This document shows positions 1 through 9,531 of a DNA stretch of 41,256 bases, piece after piece. A model generated the notes under the pieces. It was not told where the DNA came from, did no database searches, and saw only the letters and a program-made list of their open reading frames with translations. The translations under genes and the position numbers were made by a program. Each line of letters opens with the position of its first letter. Positions within the stretch are counted from its first letter, which is position 1. The stretch comes from an uncultured bacterium (GTDB lineage Bacteria; Cyanobacteriota; Cyanobacteriia; Phormidesmidales; Phormidesmidaceae), in the NCBI GenBank assembly GCA_964635665.1, contig CAZWNR010000001.1:1-41256 (forward strand). The letters run 5' to 3'.

Positions 1-2141
1 GCTCGTTCCATCAGCATGACCTGGGAACTGCGGATTTCCTCTGGACTGGGGGGCTGGCGCTGGGTATAGGTGCCGTCGGGGTGCATATCCCAGGCTTGGC
101 GGTTGTCCTGAAGCATGACCTCCAAAATAAATTTCAGCTCGGCTCGCAGGGCTGGATCGGTGATCGGAACGACCACCTCCACCCGGCGATCCAGGTTGCG
201 CGGCATCCAGTCGGCACTGCCCAGCAGGAAAATTTCCTCGCCACCGCCATGGAAGTAAAAAATCCGCGAATGCTCTAAAAACTGGCCAATAATGCTCACG
301 ACGCGGATTTTGTCGCTGATGCCCGGTAACCTAGGGCGCAGGCAGCAGATTCCGCGAATAATCAGATCAATAGTGACCCCCGCCTGGGAGGCCTGGTACA
401 GCAAATCAATGAGTTCTGGATCCACCAAAGCATTCATTTTGATGATGATATGCCCCGTTCGGCCCCGCTGCACCTGCTGGATTTCATCGTGAATTAGAGC
501 CACAAATCGCTGGCGCAGGGTGAGGGGAGCCACGAAGAGCTGACGGTACTGGTGCTGGCGGGAATAGCCCGTTAGGTAATTAAAGAGATCGGAAATATCG
601 GCCCCCAGGTCGGCCTGGGCACTCAAGAGGCCGAGGTCAGTATAAAATCGGGCGGTCTTGGGATTGTAGTTTCCGGTACTAAGGTGACAATAGCGCCGGA
701 GCTGATCCCCTTCCCGGCGCACCACTAGCGTAATTTTGGTGTGGGTTTTCAGCCCCATCAGGCCGTAGACGACATGAACACCGGATCTTTCTAGCTTTTT
801 GGCCCAATTAATATTGTTTTCTTCGTCAAATCGGGCCTTAAGCTCGACTAAGACGGTCACCTGCTTGCCGTTAGCCGCCGCTGCAATCAGGGCATTCACA
901 ATCGGGGAATCCCCAGAGGTGCGATACAGGGTCATCTTGATCGCCAACACCTGGGGATCGTGGGCCGCCTGGAAGATAAACCGCTGCACCGTGGCCGCAA
1001 AGGCATGGTACGGATGATGAAAGAGCTGATCCTGGCGGCGCACCAGGGCAAAGAGATCCTCCGCATCCTCTCCATCACCATCCACCTCGCTCACCCGGGG
1101 TTGTCCCAGGGCAGCTAAGGCGGGGGGAACCGTGGGCACCCAAACGGGAGCCTTGAGGTCGGGGAGGGGCAAATCCATAAAGGTCGCGACATCGCCCAGG
1201 CCTAGCAGACCATCCACGGCGTAGACATCCACCGCCGTCAGGCCCAGTTCCGCCATCACCATCGCCCGGAGTGCCGGGGGGGTGCGTCGTTGAATTTCCA
1301 GGCGCACCGCCGATCCCCCTAGGCGTCGTTTCCGTAGCTCCTGTTCAATGGCCAACATCAGGTCGTCGGCTTCGTCCTCCGCCACCGTCAGATCAGCGTC
1401 GCGGGTAAGGCGAAACAGCGTCTGGGATTGGATGGTCATGCCAGGGAAGAGCGCCCCGATATGGTGGGTCATCACCTGTTCGAGGGGAATACCGCACCAG
1501 TGGCAGGGCTGACGGCGTTTCGACCAAAGGTCCTCCGGCAGAGCAATAAACCGGGGCAACACGCGGGGTACCTTCACCCTGGCGACGTGGGTAACCTGGG
1601 TGCGAGGATCCTCCAGCACCACGGCCAAACTGAGACTGAGATTGGAAATATAGGGGAACGGATGCCCCGGATCCACCGCCAGTGGAGTGAGGACGGGAAA
1701 GAGGTGATCCTCGAAATAGTGGTTGAGATACTGGCACTGAGCCTGGTTAAGCTGACGATAGTGCAACACATAGATCCCGTTTTCGGCCATGCGAGATCTG
1801 AGGACGCGGTTAAAAAAACGGTGCTGCTGCTGCACCATGGGCCCCAGGGTGCGATGGATCAGTCGAAGCTGCTGGCTAGGGGTGCGGCCATCGGGGGATT
1901 TGACCGTCACCTGGGCTTCGATTTGCTGCTTAATTGCCGCCACCCGCACCATGAAGTACTCGTCTAGGTTGCGGCTAAAGATGGCCAGCAACCTCAGTGC
2001 TTCCAGTAATGGCGTTCGTTCGTCTAGGGCTTCGTGGAGAACCCGGCGGTTAAACTCCAGCCAACTGAGTTCGCGGCTGAGGTAGTAGGCCGGATCGCTC
2101 CAGCACCGGGCTGGGAAAGGATGCACTTCGACGGCAGTCAT
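1..2141 (-). CDS. ppk1: Polyphosphate kinase 1 (3' end runs off the window; absent from ORF track)
   Basis: Manual translation from ATG 2141 (GGAGG upstream) gives MTAVEVHPFPARCWSDPAYYLSRELSWLEFNRRVLHEA...AIFSRNLDEYFMVRVA, later YGLMGLKTHTK, TGNYNPKTARFYTDLG and DNRQAWDM. These are PPK1 signatures. Confidence 0.96.
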   Translation of the reverse strand, partial: MTAVEVHPFPARCWSDPAYYLSRELSWLEFNRRVLHEALDERTPLLEALRLLAIFSRNLDEYFMVRVAAIKQQIEAQVTVKSPDGRTPSQQLRLIHRTLGPMVQQQHRFFNRVLRSRMAENGIYVLHYRQLNQAQCQYLNHYFEDHLFPVLTPLAVDPGHPFPYISNLSLSLAVVLEDPRTQVTHVARVKVPRVLPRFIALPEDLWSKRRQPCHWCGIPLEQVMTHHIGALFPGMTIQSQTLFRLTRDADLTVAEDEADDLMLAIEQELRKRRLGGSAVRLEIQRRTPPALRAMVMAELGLTAVDVYAVDGLLGLGDVATFMDLPLPDLKAPVWVPTVPPALAALGQPRVSEVDGDGEDAEDLFALVRRQDQLFHHPYHAFAATVQRFIFQAAHDPQVLAIKMTLYRTSGDSPIVNALIAAAANGKQVTVLVELKARFDEENNINWAKKLERSGVHVVYGLMGLKTHTKITLVVRREGDQLRRYCHLSTGNYNPKTARFYTDLGLLSAQADLGADISDLFNYLTGYSRQHQYRQLFVAPLTLRQRFVALIHDEIQQVQRGRTGHIIIKMNALVDPELIDLLYQASQAGVTIDLIIRGICCLRPRLPGISDKIRVVSIIGQFLEHSRIFYFHGGGEEIFLLGSADWMPRNLDRRVEVVVPITDPALRAELKFILEVMLQDNRQAWDMHPDGTYTQRQPPSPEEIRSSQVMLMER

Positions 2142-2236
2142 GGCCCTACAGCACCTCCCGTTGGATGGTCCAGCGGTCGCCTAACACAATCACCTTAATC
2201 AAGGATTCATTGTAGGTTTACGTTAAGTTAATCATC

Positions 2237-3337
2237 CTACCCTGAATGTCTAGGAGGCGTATAGGCCAGGAACCGTAGGCAACTGTACAACTGAAAGGCG
2301 GCATCCCAGGGGGAGGGCTCACTACGGTTGAGTTCCAGGTAGGGGGAAATCTCCGGTAGCAGGTCGATGAAATCGAGGGCGCTCTCGCCAAAACCGTTGA
2401 AATCTCGATGGAGCGTGGGTACAATCGCCTGCTCAAACCGAGTTTTGAGGGCTTTCCAGGCCGTCGCTGCAATTAAGGGGCCATCCACCGGGGGTTCCCA
2501 CAAACCGGGCACGGGGGCCGACTCTCGATAGCGGTAGGTGCGATCACAAAACCGCAGCACACAGCCCCGTCCGTGGAGATGCCAGTCCAGCACCTCGGCA
2601 TAGTCCTGGGTCGTTTCCTTCCGTTGCAGCTTGCCCCAGGGGCCAAGGTCTACCACCGACTCGTAGATCGGCAGCAGCCCTAGCACCCACTGGCTAATCT
2701 CCGACCATTGCAGCTGCAGAGTGCCCTTCTGGCCGCTGGCATTCTGGCACAGTACCGTAATCTGCGGGGCAAAACTTTGGATTGTGTGTACCCGAAACAC
2801 GGGCAGCGCCTTGATGGCTTCCATGGATGACCAAAAGCAAGGCACCCGTTGCTGATGCAGTTGTTCGCCCACGTAGCGCAGTTCCCCCATGGCCCCCGTG
2901 CGGTGCAGCCGCCAATACTGACTAGGCAACCGAGTGCGGGCCGTGTAGGGATCAATCCGCATCACCTTGGCTAAGCCCTGGGCCGCTTCCTGTCGCTGAT
3001 CACCCACCACGGGCTGCAACACCAACACGCCTGCCGCCTCAGATCCTGGCTGGGCCTTGGCGGCGTTGAGATCGTGCTCTCGCTGACGAGCCAGGTGATC
3101 CCGCACTCGCTTAATGCCCTCCCTCGCCGGGCTCAGCACCTTGGTATTGGCCGTCGTTTGCAGCAGCCTCGTGTAGGTTGTTTGCGCCCTTTCCAGCTCG
3201 CCCTTCGCCTCCCAATACTGCCCCATGGCCAGTGCCAACCAGGGATCTTGAGGCTTTTCCCTCTGCCACTGCTTAATCAGTTGGGCGGCCTGGGTCAGTT
3301 TTTGCGCCTGGAGAGCAGCGGAAACCAGATCGTACAT
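2237..3337 (-). CDS. TPR-containing protein of unknown function
   Basis: 366-aa ORF with an N-terminal helical TPR-like segment (WLALAMGQYWEAKGELERAQTTYTRLL). Lies 32 bp downstream of sbcD on the same strand. Confidence 0.75.
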   Translation of the reverse strand: MYDLVSAALQAQKLTQAAQLIKQWQREKPQDPWLALAMGQYWEAKGELERAQTTYTRLLQTTANTKVLSPAREGIKRVRDHLARQREHDLNAAKAQPGSEAAGVLVLQPVVGDQRQEAAQGLAKVMRIDPYTARTRLPSQYWRLHRTGAMGELRYVGEQLHQQRVPCFWSSMEAIKALPVFRVHTIQSFAPQITVLCQNASGQKGTLQLQWSEISQWVLGLLPIYESVVDLGPWGKLQRKETTQDYAEVLDWHLHGRGCVLRFCDRTYRYRESAPVPGLWEPPVDGPLIAATAWKALKTRFEQAIVPTLHRDFNGFGESALDFIDLLPEISPYLELNRSEPSPWDAAFQLYSCLRFLAYTPPRHSG

Positions 3338-3369
3338 GGGGATCGTGGGGTAGGGGGGCTAGGGACTGG

Positions 3370-4713
3370 CTAGAGCAGGCGGAGTTGCTGAGCCTCGTCT
3401 GGGGTAGGGACGTCGTCAGGGCAGAGGGCTAGATCCGCCAGAAAGTCTCCAGGATCAACGTTATCCCCATCGTGGGCGAGACCGTCGTGGGAAAGATCGT
3501 CAATCTCTTCCATGAGTAGGGCCGCCGCCGCCAGCATAGCGGTCTTCAACTCGGCAACCTCAGGCCGACTGTCTAGGTAGGTGTCTAGGGCTGAGAGGGG
3601 ATCAAGGGCGCTATCGGTGCCCAAGTCTGGCAAGCGGTGGCCGGAAGTGACCGGATTAATGTGAGCCTGCACCGTGTAGGTATGGGCCGATGAGAGGGCT
3701 GTCCCTAGGGCGGTACTGTCGATTTGATCCACCTGGTCGGGCCGCAGACGGTAGAGACAGCGCACTACGGCGTCGGTAATTTCAGCCCTGGCAATGGCCT
3801 GAAGCAGGGTCTCCTGAGGCATTTCCGACGCCGTGAGATCCACCTGAATCGTCCGAAAAGGGCGCACGGGTAAGGGACAAAATTCGGCGGTGGTCGCTCC
3901 CCGCTCCAAGCGAACGAGGACATAGCCCTTATCCTCCAATTCCTCGCTGAAGTCCACCCGCTCAATGCTACCGGGGTAAATCATGAGGGGCCGATCGCAG
4001 AGCACCTGATGGCGATGGACATGCCCCAGGGCCACATAGTCAAAACAGGGCCGCGCCAAAAGGGCCATAGGAATTGTCAGCCCTCGCCCCGCCGATAGGA
4101 AGCGCTCTCCCCCGTAGCTAGCCGTGTCTACCATGGCATGGGCCAACAGCACGGCGGGCCAGTCAGGATCGAGACTGCGAATTTCCCCTTCTAGGGCCAC
4201 CCGTAGCCGATCCAGCAAGAGCTCATTCACCTGGGCCATGGAGAGGCCATCGGTTTCGGGACGAGTCAGCAGGGTGGATCGCGTCAGCCAGGGTAGGGTC
4301 ACCACCTGTACCGGGCCTTGACGGGTGTCGATGCGGTGGGTTTCCAAACGATCCCCCACCACCACCCCCGGCACTCCCAGAGTGCGATAGATCGACAGGC
4401 TGGCTCCCCCTAGCCCCTGGGCATGTTGATCGTGGTTACCCACCAGCAAAACCGTGGGAATACCTGCCGCTGACAGCCGACAGAACTGATGGGCCAAGGC
4501 CTGCTGCACCAAGGGCGGAGGGGTGGCGTCGGGGAAGGCATCTCCCCCAAACAGCACCAGATCCACGGACTCTGCCAAAGCTCGGTCAATGCAGCAGGAC
4601 AGGGCCGCAACAAAGTCTTCTAAGCGGGTGTTGAGCCCGGTTTCGGGGTTGATCCGACCGTGGGACAACCCACTGCCAAGGTGAATATCCGACAGGTGGA
4701 GCAGGGTTAGCAT
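3370..4713 (-). CDS. sbcD: Exonuclease SbcCD subunit D (Mre11-like metallophosphoesterase)
   Basis: Motifs HLSDIHLG, FGGDAF, VGNHD, LAHAM, ALGHVH, YPGSIERVDFSE. Confidence 0.9.
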   Translation of the reverse strand: MLTLLHLSDIHLGSGLSHGRINPETGLNTRLEDFVAALSCCIDRALAESVDLVLFGGDAFPDATPPPLVQQALAHQFCRLSAAGIPTVLLVGNHDQHAQGLGGASLSIYRTLGVPGVVVGDRLETHRIDTRQGPVQVVTLPWLTRSTLLTRPETDGLSMAQVNELLLDRLRVALEGEIRSLDPDWPAVLLAHAMVDTASYGGERFLSAGRGLTIPMALLARPCFDYVALGHVHRHQVLCDRPLMIYPGSIERVDFSEELEDKGYVLVRLERGATTAEFCPLPVRPFRTIQVDLTASEMPQETLLQAIARAEITDAVVRCLYRLRPDQVDQIDSTALGTALSSAHTYTVQAHINPVTSGHRLPDLGTDSALDPLSALDTYLDSRPEVAELKTAMLAAAALLMEEIDDLSHDGLAHDGDNVDPGDFLADLALCPDDVPTPDEAQQLRLL

Positions 4714-4878
4714 CGTGGCGGCAGGTGCAAAGGCCGTTTCCCTATGATAAAACCTTCCTCAAGAAACCACGCCTCAGCTACATTCTGCCGTAACATCGGC
4801 CCATGCCTCCTAGGCTACCTTTGGCTGCCCCAACGGCAAGAAAACAGCCGGGGCGGCCTGCCATTCCTTCCCGTTGCC

Positions 4879-5388
4879 ATGGTTCCCGTTCCGCCACCCC
4901 TATCCGACCCCACCTACCTGCGCCACCACCACTGGATGCAGCAGGCTCTAGCACAGGCTTTGGCTGCCGGGCAGGCCGGTGATGTGCCGGTGGGGGCCAT
5001 TGTTGTCGGCCCCCAAAACCAACTCCTCGCCGCCGCCCACAATCGCCGAGAACAGGATCAAGACCCCACGGCCCACGCCGAAATCCTAGCCCTGCGGCAG
5101 GCCAGCAGGCAGTTGGGCAACTGGCACCTAAACCAATGCACCCTCTACGTCACCCTAGAGCCTTGTCCCATGTGTGCAGGGGCCATCCTGCTGAGCCGCC
5201 TCGGCCTCTTAGTTTACGGAGCCGACGATCCCAAGGCTGGAGCCGTGCGATCCCAGATCAACCTGATCGATGGCCCCTGCTCTAACCACCCTCTGCCTGT
5301 GCTGGCAGGCATTCTAGCCAATCCCTGTGAACAACAGCTTCGGCAGTGGTTTGTCCAGCGCCGCCAGAACCGTCAAGCTCCCCGTTAA
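4879..5388 (+). CDS. tadA: tRNA adenosine(34) deaminase
   Basis: DVPVGA, DPTAHAEILAL, LYVTLEPCPMCAGA, YGADDPKAGA motifs. Start placed at in-frame ATG 4879 rather than 4744. Confidence 0.92.
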   Translation: MVPVPPPLSDPTYLRHHHWMQQALAQALAAGQAGDVPVGAIVVGPQNQLLAAAHNRREQDQDPTAHAEILALRQASRQLGNWHLNQCTLYVTLEPCPMCAGAILLSRLGLLVYGADDPKAGAVRSQINLIDGPCSNHPLPVLAGILANPCEQQLRQWFVQRRQNRQAPR

Positions 5389-5572
5389 GCGCCAAAATTG
5401 ATCCTGGAGCCGACTTGCCAAGATCTGCCCCAGCTATCCGGCCCCCAAACTGTCCTGTTTTCATGAATACTCTGGCACTCACAGCGCTACGGTAAACCTA
5501 AGTTGTCAAACCTGAGCCGTTTACCGAGTGGTCGTCTCCACTGTTCCCATGGTGTTTCCGCATTCCCTCCCG

Positions 5573-6307
5573 ATGGCCTCCTCCAAAACATCTGAATCGA
5601 TCACTTCGCCCGCTGTTCCTCCCACTCAATCCCGCTGTTCGCCGTGGCTGACCCCCCTCGCCTACTGGCTGGGGCAGTATTTCGTGCTACCGAGCTACTT
5701 TGGCCACATCACCATCACGGGCCAATCCCATATTCCCAGCCATGGCCCCGTCATTCTGGCCCCCACCCATCGCGCTCGCTGGGATTCCATTGTGCTGCCC
5801 CTAGCCGCCGGTCGCCCCGCCACAGGACGGGATCTGCGATTTATGGTCACCGACGACGAGGTGAAAGGTCTCCAGGGCTGGTTTATCCGCCGCCTGGGTG
5901 GCTTTCCGGTGAATGTGCGTCGCCCCACCATCGCCAGCCTGCGCCACGGTATCGATCTGTTGTTAAGCCAGGAAATGCTGGTGATCTATCCCGAAGGGGG
6001 CATCCGCCGCGAGGATCACGTTCATCCCCTCAAACCGGGCCTCGCTCGCCTAGCGATTCAAGCGGAGGCCGCCCAACCGGGCCTCAACGTTCAGATTCTC
6101 CCCGTCGATATCCACTACGGCGAAGCCTATCCCCAATGGCGCGGCCCTGTACAAGTTCACATCGGCCATCCCCTAGCGGTCAAGGATTATCTCCAAAGCG
6201 ACATCTCCCCCGAAGCCCTCAAAACCGGAGCACAGAACATTACTGCCGATCTAACCTCACAACTGGTGTCCATGGTGACAGCACGGCAGCATCGTTCAGA
6301 AGCCTAG
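5573..6307 (+). CDS. 1-acyl-sn-glycerol-3-phosphate / lysophospholipid acyltransferase (PlsC family)
   Basis: HxxxxD motif (THRARWD), GGFPVN and IYPEGG blocks. Start uncertain (5528, 5549 or 5573). Confidence 0.88.
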   Translation: MASSKTSESITSPAVPPTQSRCSPWLTPLAYWLGQYFVLPSYFGHITITGQSHIPSHGPVILAPTHRARWDSIVLPLAAGRPATGRDLRFMVTDDEVKGLQGWFIRRLGGFPVNVRRPTIASLRHGIDLLLSQEMLVIYPEGGIRREDHVHPLKPGLARLAIQAEAAQPGLNVQILPVDIHYGEAYPQWRGPVQVHIGHPLAVKDYLQSDISPEALKTGAQNITADLTSQLVSMVTARQHRSEA

Positions 6308-6443
6308 GGCTACCCATCGGTGACGCAAACTCTGAAACCTAAACTAAAAGGGCTACACCCTATCCAAATCAGCTACGCTGCTTGTGCTAGCTAACCCAAC
6401 GTTGCTAGTTTCCCCAGAGTTTGACGTGATATTCTCCCCCACT

Positions 6444-7496
6444 ATGGAACTGTCCATTCAGCCCTTCACGGTGCACAAACGCGTACCGCTGACGATCAGT
6501 CGCGGCACCACCGCCACTGCTACCAACCTTTGGATCAAAATTCGGGCCGACGGCCTAGAAGGGTGGGGCGAAGCCGCTCCATTTTCCATTGGCAGCCACC
6601 ACCAAACCCTTGCCCAACTCCAGCAAGATATGGCCTGTTTACAGACGGTGCTGGCACCCTATCATCCTTGGGATCGTCAAGCCATTGAGGCCGCTATCCA
6701 GCCCCTCGGCCTTCAGTCCGCCAGTCGAGCCGCCCTGGATGTGGCCCTGTGGGATTGGTGCGGCCAAGCCACCCAACAGCCCCTCTGGAAACTCCTGGGC
6801 CTGGATCTCAGTGCCATCACCCCCACCTCCGTGACCGTTGGCATCATGGAGCCTGAGGCCGCCCTTCAGCGAGCTCAATCCTGGCTCGACCAAACCCAGG
6901 CCCGGGCCATCAAAGTCAAGCTGGGCAATCCCAAAGGAATAGAAGCCGATCGGGCGATGTTCCAGGCTATCTATGATCAGGTACCCGCCCATCTCAGCCT
7001 CAGTGTTGATGCCAACGGCGGCTGGAGCCTTGACCAAGCCATCACCATGGCCCAGTGGCTAGGGGAACGTGGCATCACCCACCTCGAACAACCCCTCCCC
7101 GTTCACATCGACCACCAGCTGCTGCTCCTGCGGCAGCAGTCCCCCGTTCCCATTTTTGTGGATGAAAGCTGCTTTTGCGGTCAGGATATTCCCCGGCTCG
7201 TGCCCCTAGTCGATGGCATTAACATTAAACTGATGAAAGCTGGCGGCATCACCGAAGTCCTACGGATGATCCACACCGCTCGATCCGCTGGTTTAAAGGT
7301 CATGTTCGGCTGTTATTCCGACAGCAGCCTAGCCAACGCAGCCATGGCCCAACTGTCCTCCCTAGCCGATTACCTCGATCTCGATAGTCACCTCAATCTC
7401 CAGGACGATCCCTTCACCGGGCTCAACCTCTCCGACGGACGAATCCTCCCCTCTGCCGACCCCGGACTTGGACTAGCCTATGTACCTCACTCCTGA
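6444..7496 (+). CDS. Dipeptide epimerase / N-acyl-amino-acid racemase (enolase superfamily, AEE/DgcA-like)
   Basis: GWGEAAP, KxK (KVKLG), metal ligands in VDANGGW, LEQP and VDES, NIKLMK, and the DLD motif. Likely start ATG 6444. Confidence 0.88.
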   Translation: MELSIQPFTVHKRVPLTISRGTTATATNLWIKIRADGLEGWGEAAPFSIGSHHQTLAQLQQDMACLQTVLAPYHPWDRQAIEAAIQPLGLQSASRAALDVALWDWCGQATQQPLWKLLGLDLSAITPTSVTVGIMEPEAALQRAQSWLDQTQARAIKVKLGNPKGIEADRAMFQAIYDQVPAHLSLSVDANGGWSLDQAITMAQWLGERGITHLEQPLPVHIDHQLLLLRQQSPVPIFVDESCFCGQDIPRLVPLVDGINIKLMKAGGITEVLRMIHTARSAGLKVMFGCYSDSSLANAAMAQLSSLADYLDLDSHLNLQDDPFTGLNLSDGRILPSADPGLGLAYVPHS

Positions 7497-8520
7497 AAGC
7501 CGCATTGCCCTGCTGATGCACGAAGGTACCCAGAGCACCATGGGAAAAACTGGGCTATCCATGCTGCGCTACAGCAAGCCTCCCATCGTAGCGGTCATCG
7601 ACTACCAGTCGGCGGGGCAATCCCTAGCTACGCTAACCGGCATTCAGAGGGACGTTCCCATTGTGGCATCCGTGTCTGAGGCTCTTACCCATCAACCCAA
7701 TGTGTTGGCCATTGGCATCGCTCCCTCCGGCGGAAAACTACCTGACCCCTGGTTTCAAGATTTGAAGCAGTCCGTTGCCGCTGGGCTGAGTCTGGTGAAT
7801 GCCCTCCATACGCCCCTGGCTCAGCACCCCGATCTTTTGCCCAACCTCAAACCTGAACAATGGATTTGGGACGTGCGGCAGGAACCACCAGGACTAACCG
7901 TTGGCACCGGAAAGGCGATGCAGCTTCCTTGTAAGCGTATCCTTGCCGTCGGTACGGACATGTCCGTTGGCAAAATGTCCACCATCCTAGAACTCAATCG
8001 GGCCTGTCAAAACCAAGGGCTCAGATCCAAGATAATTGCCACTGGCCAGACTAACCTCATGCTAGGGGACGATGGCATTCCCCTGGACGCGGTGCGGGTA
8101 GACTATGCCTCTGGCGCAGTTGAAATGATGATGATGCGCTACGGCTATGATTACGACTACCTCTTGATCGAAGGTCAGGGTTCTCTACTCAACCCAGCTT
8201 CTACAGCGACCTTGCCCCTGTTAAGAGGATCTCAACCAACCCATCTCGTTCTCTGCCATCGGGCTGGACAAACCCAGATTCACAATTGTCCCCATATCAA
8301 AATCCCCCCTCTGCCACAGGTAATCGAGCTATACGAACAGGTGGCTATCGCTGGGGGTGCGTTTACACAGTCAAAGGTAGTTGGTATCGCGCTCAATACA
8401 GGTCATCTACCCGAATCAGAGGCCATTGACGCAGTTCAAGCCGTAGAGAAAGATACGGGGCTTCCTTGCATCGATCCAATTCGTTATGGAGCCCAAAAAC
8501 TCTTAACGGCTATTGCGTAA
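7480..8520 (+). CDS. DUF1611 protein (DgcN-like D-glutamate N-acetyltransferase family)
   Basis: GKTG N-terminal segment, GIAPSGG, GTDMSVGKM, ATGQT, IEGQGSL and LLRGSQPT motifs. Overlaps the epimerase by 17 nt. Confidence 0.88.
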   Translation: MYLTPESRIALLMHEGTQSTMGKTGLSMLRYSKPPIVAVIDYQSAGQSLATLTGIQRDVPIVASVSEALTHQPNVLAIGIAPSGGKLPDPWFQDLKQSVAAGLSLVNALHTPLAQHPDLLPNLKPEQWIWDVRQEPPGLTVGTGKAMQLPCKRILAVGTDMSVGKMSTILELNRACQNQGLRSKIIATGQTNLMLGDDGIPLDAVRVDYASGAVEMMMMRYGYDYDYLLIEGQGSLLNPASTATLPLLRGSQPTHLVLCHRAGQTQIHNCPHIKIPPLPQVIELYEQVAIAGGAFTQSKVVGIALNTGHLPESEAIDAVQAVEKDTGLPCIDPIRYGAQKLLTAIA

Positions 8521-8562
8521 CGAGAAAATATTACAAGACTGGAGATCAAGAGCTCGCTGTTG

Positions 8563-8787
8563 CTATTTCTTCCGAAGGCGATAGGTGATACGACCCTTGG
8601 TCAAATCGTAGGGTGTGAGCTCCACTTTCACCCGATCCCCCGGCAGAATCTTGATGTAGTTACGGCGGATTTTCCCAGAAATATGGGCCAGGACATTAAA
8701 ACCATTATCCAAGTCAACTCGGAACATGGCATTAGGAAGGGACTCGGTGACAGTTCCTTCCATTTCAATTAGGTCTTGCTTAGACAA
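8563..8787 (-). CDS. infA: Translation initiation factor IF-1 (TTG start)
   Basis: [24 protein letters not shown]...[38 protein letters not shown]; GAGGAG upstream. Confidence 0.98.
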
Positions 8788-8976
8788 GTCTACGTCTCCT
8801 CTTTAGTTTACTCACTGAGCCCCGAACGCTCCCCTAGGCACATTCCCAATCCCCCTATGCCTATGCAATCCCATTATCCCAGGAGATTCTATCGGTATTG
8901 TGGATCAGAACGTGCCTTAAGATTAGCAAAAATCTAAGGTCTAGGGTTTCATCTCCACAACCTAAACCCCAAAAGG

Positions 8977-9531
8977 CTAGCCGCTAATGACTGCTTGCAG
9001 AGAAGCATAGACGGCCTCCATAGGCTGATTGCCATCCACAGATACCAGCTGCTGCCGATCTCGGTAGAAATCAATCAATGGAGCGGTTTGTTGACGATAC
9101 ACATCTAAACGATGACGAATGACCGATTCTTCGTCATCTGCACGACCTCGCTTCAGCAAACGAGTAACAATCACTTCATCTGCAACGTCTAAATTGACCA
9201 CAAAGTCAGCAGGCTGCTCAATTTGCTCAAGCAGCTTGATTAAAAACTCAGCCTGGGAAACATTTCGAGGGAAACCATCGAGCACCCACCCAACCTGGGC
9301 ATCCTCTTGAGCCAACCTTTCTCGGATGAGATCTAAAATCAACTCATCGGGCACAAGTTCGCCAGCCCCCATATAGGCCTCAGCTTTCTTACCCAAATCA
9401 GTACCGTCAGCCACCGCAGCCCGTAGAATGTCCCCGGTAGAAATGTGAGGTACAGCACAATCAACCGCCAACATCTGAGCCTGCGTACCCTTACCAGCCC
9501 CCGGCGGGCCCAAGAAGATAAGACGTGTCAC
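8977..9531 (-). CDS. adk: Adenylate kinase (short, LID-less type; GTG start)
   Basis: [26 protein letters not shown] motifs; directly follows secY. Confidence 0.97.
   Translation of the reverse strand: MTRLIFLGPPGAGKGTQAQMLAVDCAVPHISTGDILRAAVADGTDLGKKAEAYMGAGELVPDELILDLIRERLAQEDAQVGWVLDGFPRNVSQAEFLIKLLEQIEQPADFVVNLDVADEVIVTRLLKRGRADDEESVIRHRLDVYRQQTAPLIDFYRDRQQLVSVDGNQPMEAVYASLQAVISG

Noticed and set aside
81-2085. Short ORFs in the track over the ppk1 region (e.g. 1428-1967 +, 1393-1737 -)
   Set aside because: They are shadow frames of ppk1, which the track missed because it has no stop codon in the window.
4744-4878. N-terminal extensions in the ORF track for tadA (likewise rplQ, rpmE, prfA, the rbp gene and ppk2)
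   Set aside because: These come from longest-ORF start choice; family similarity begins at downstream ATGs.
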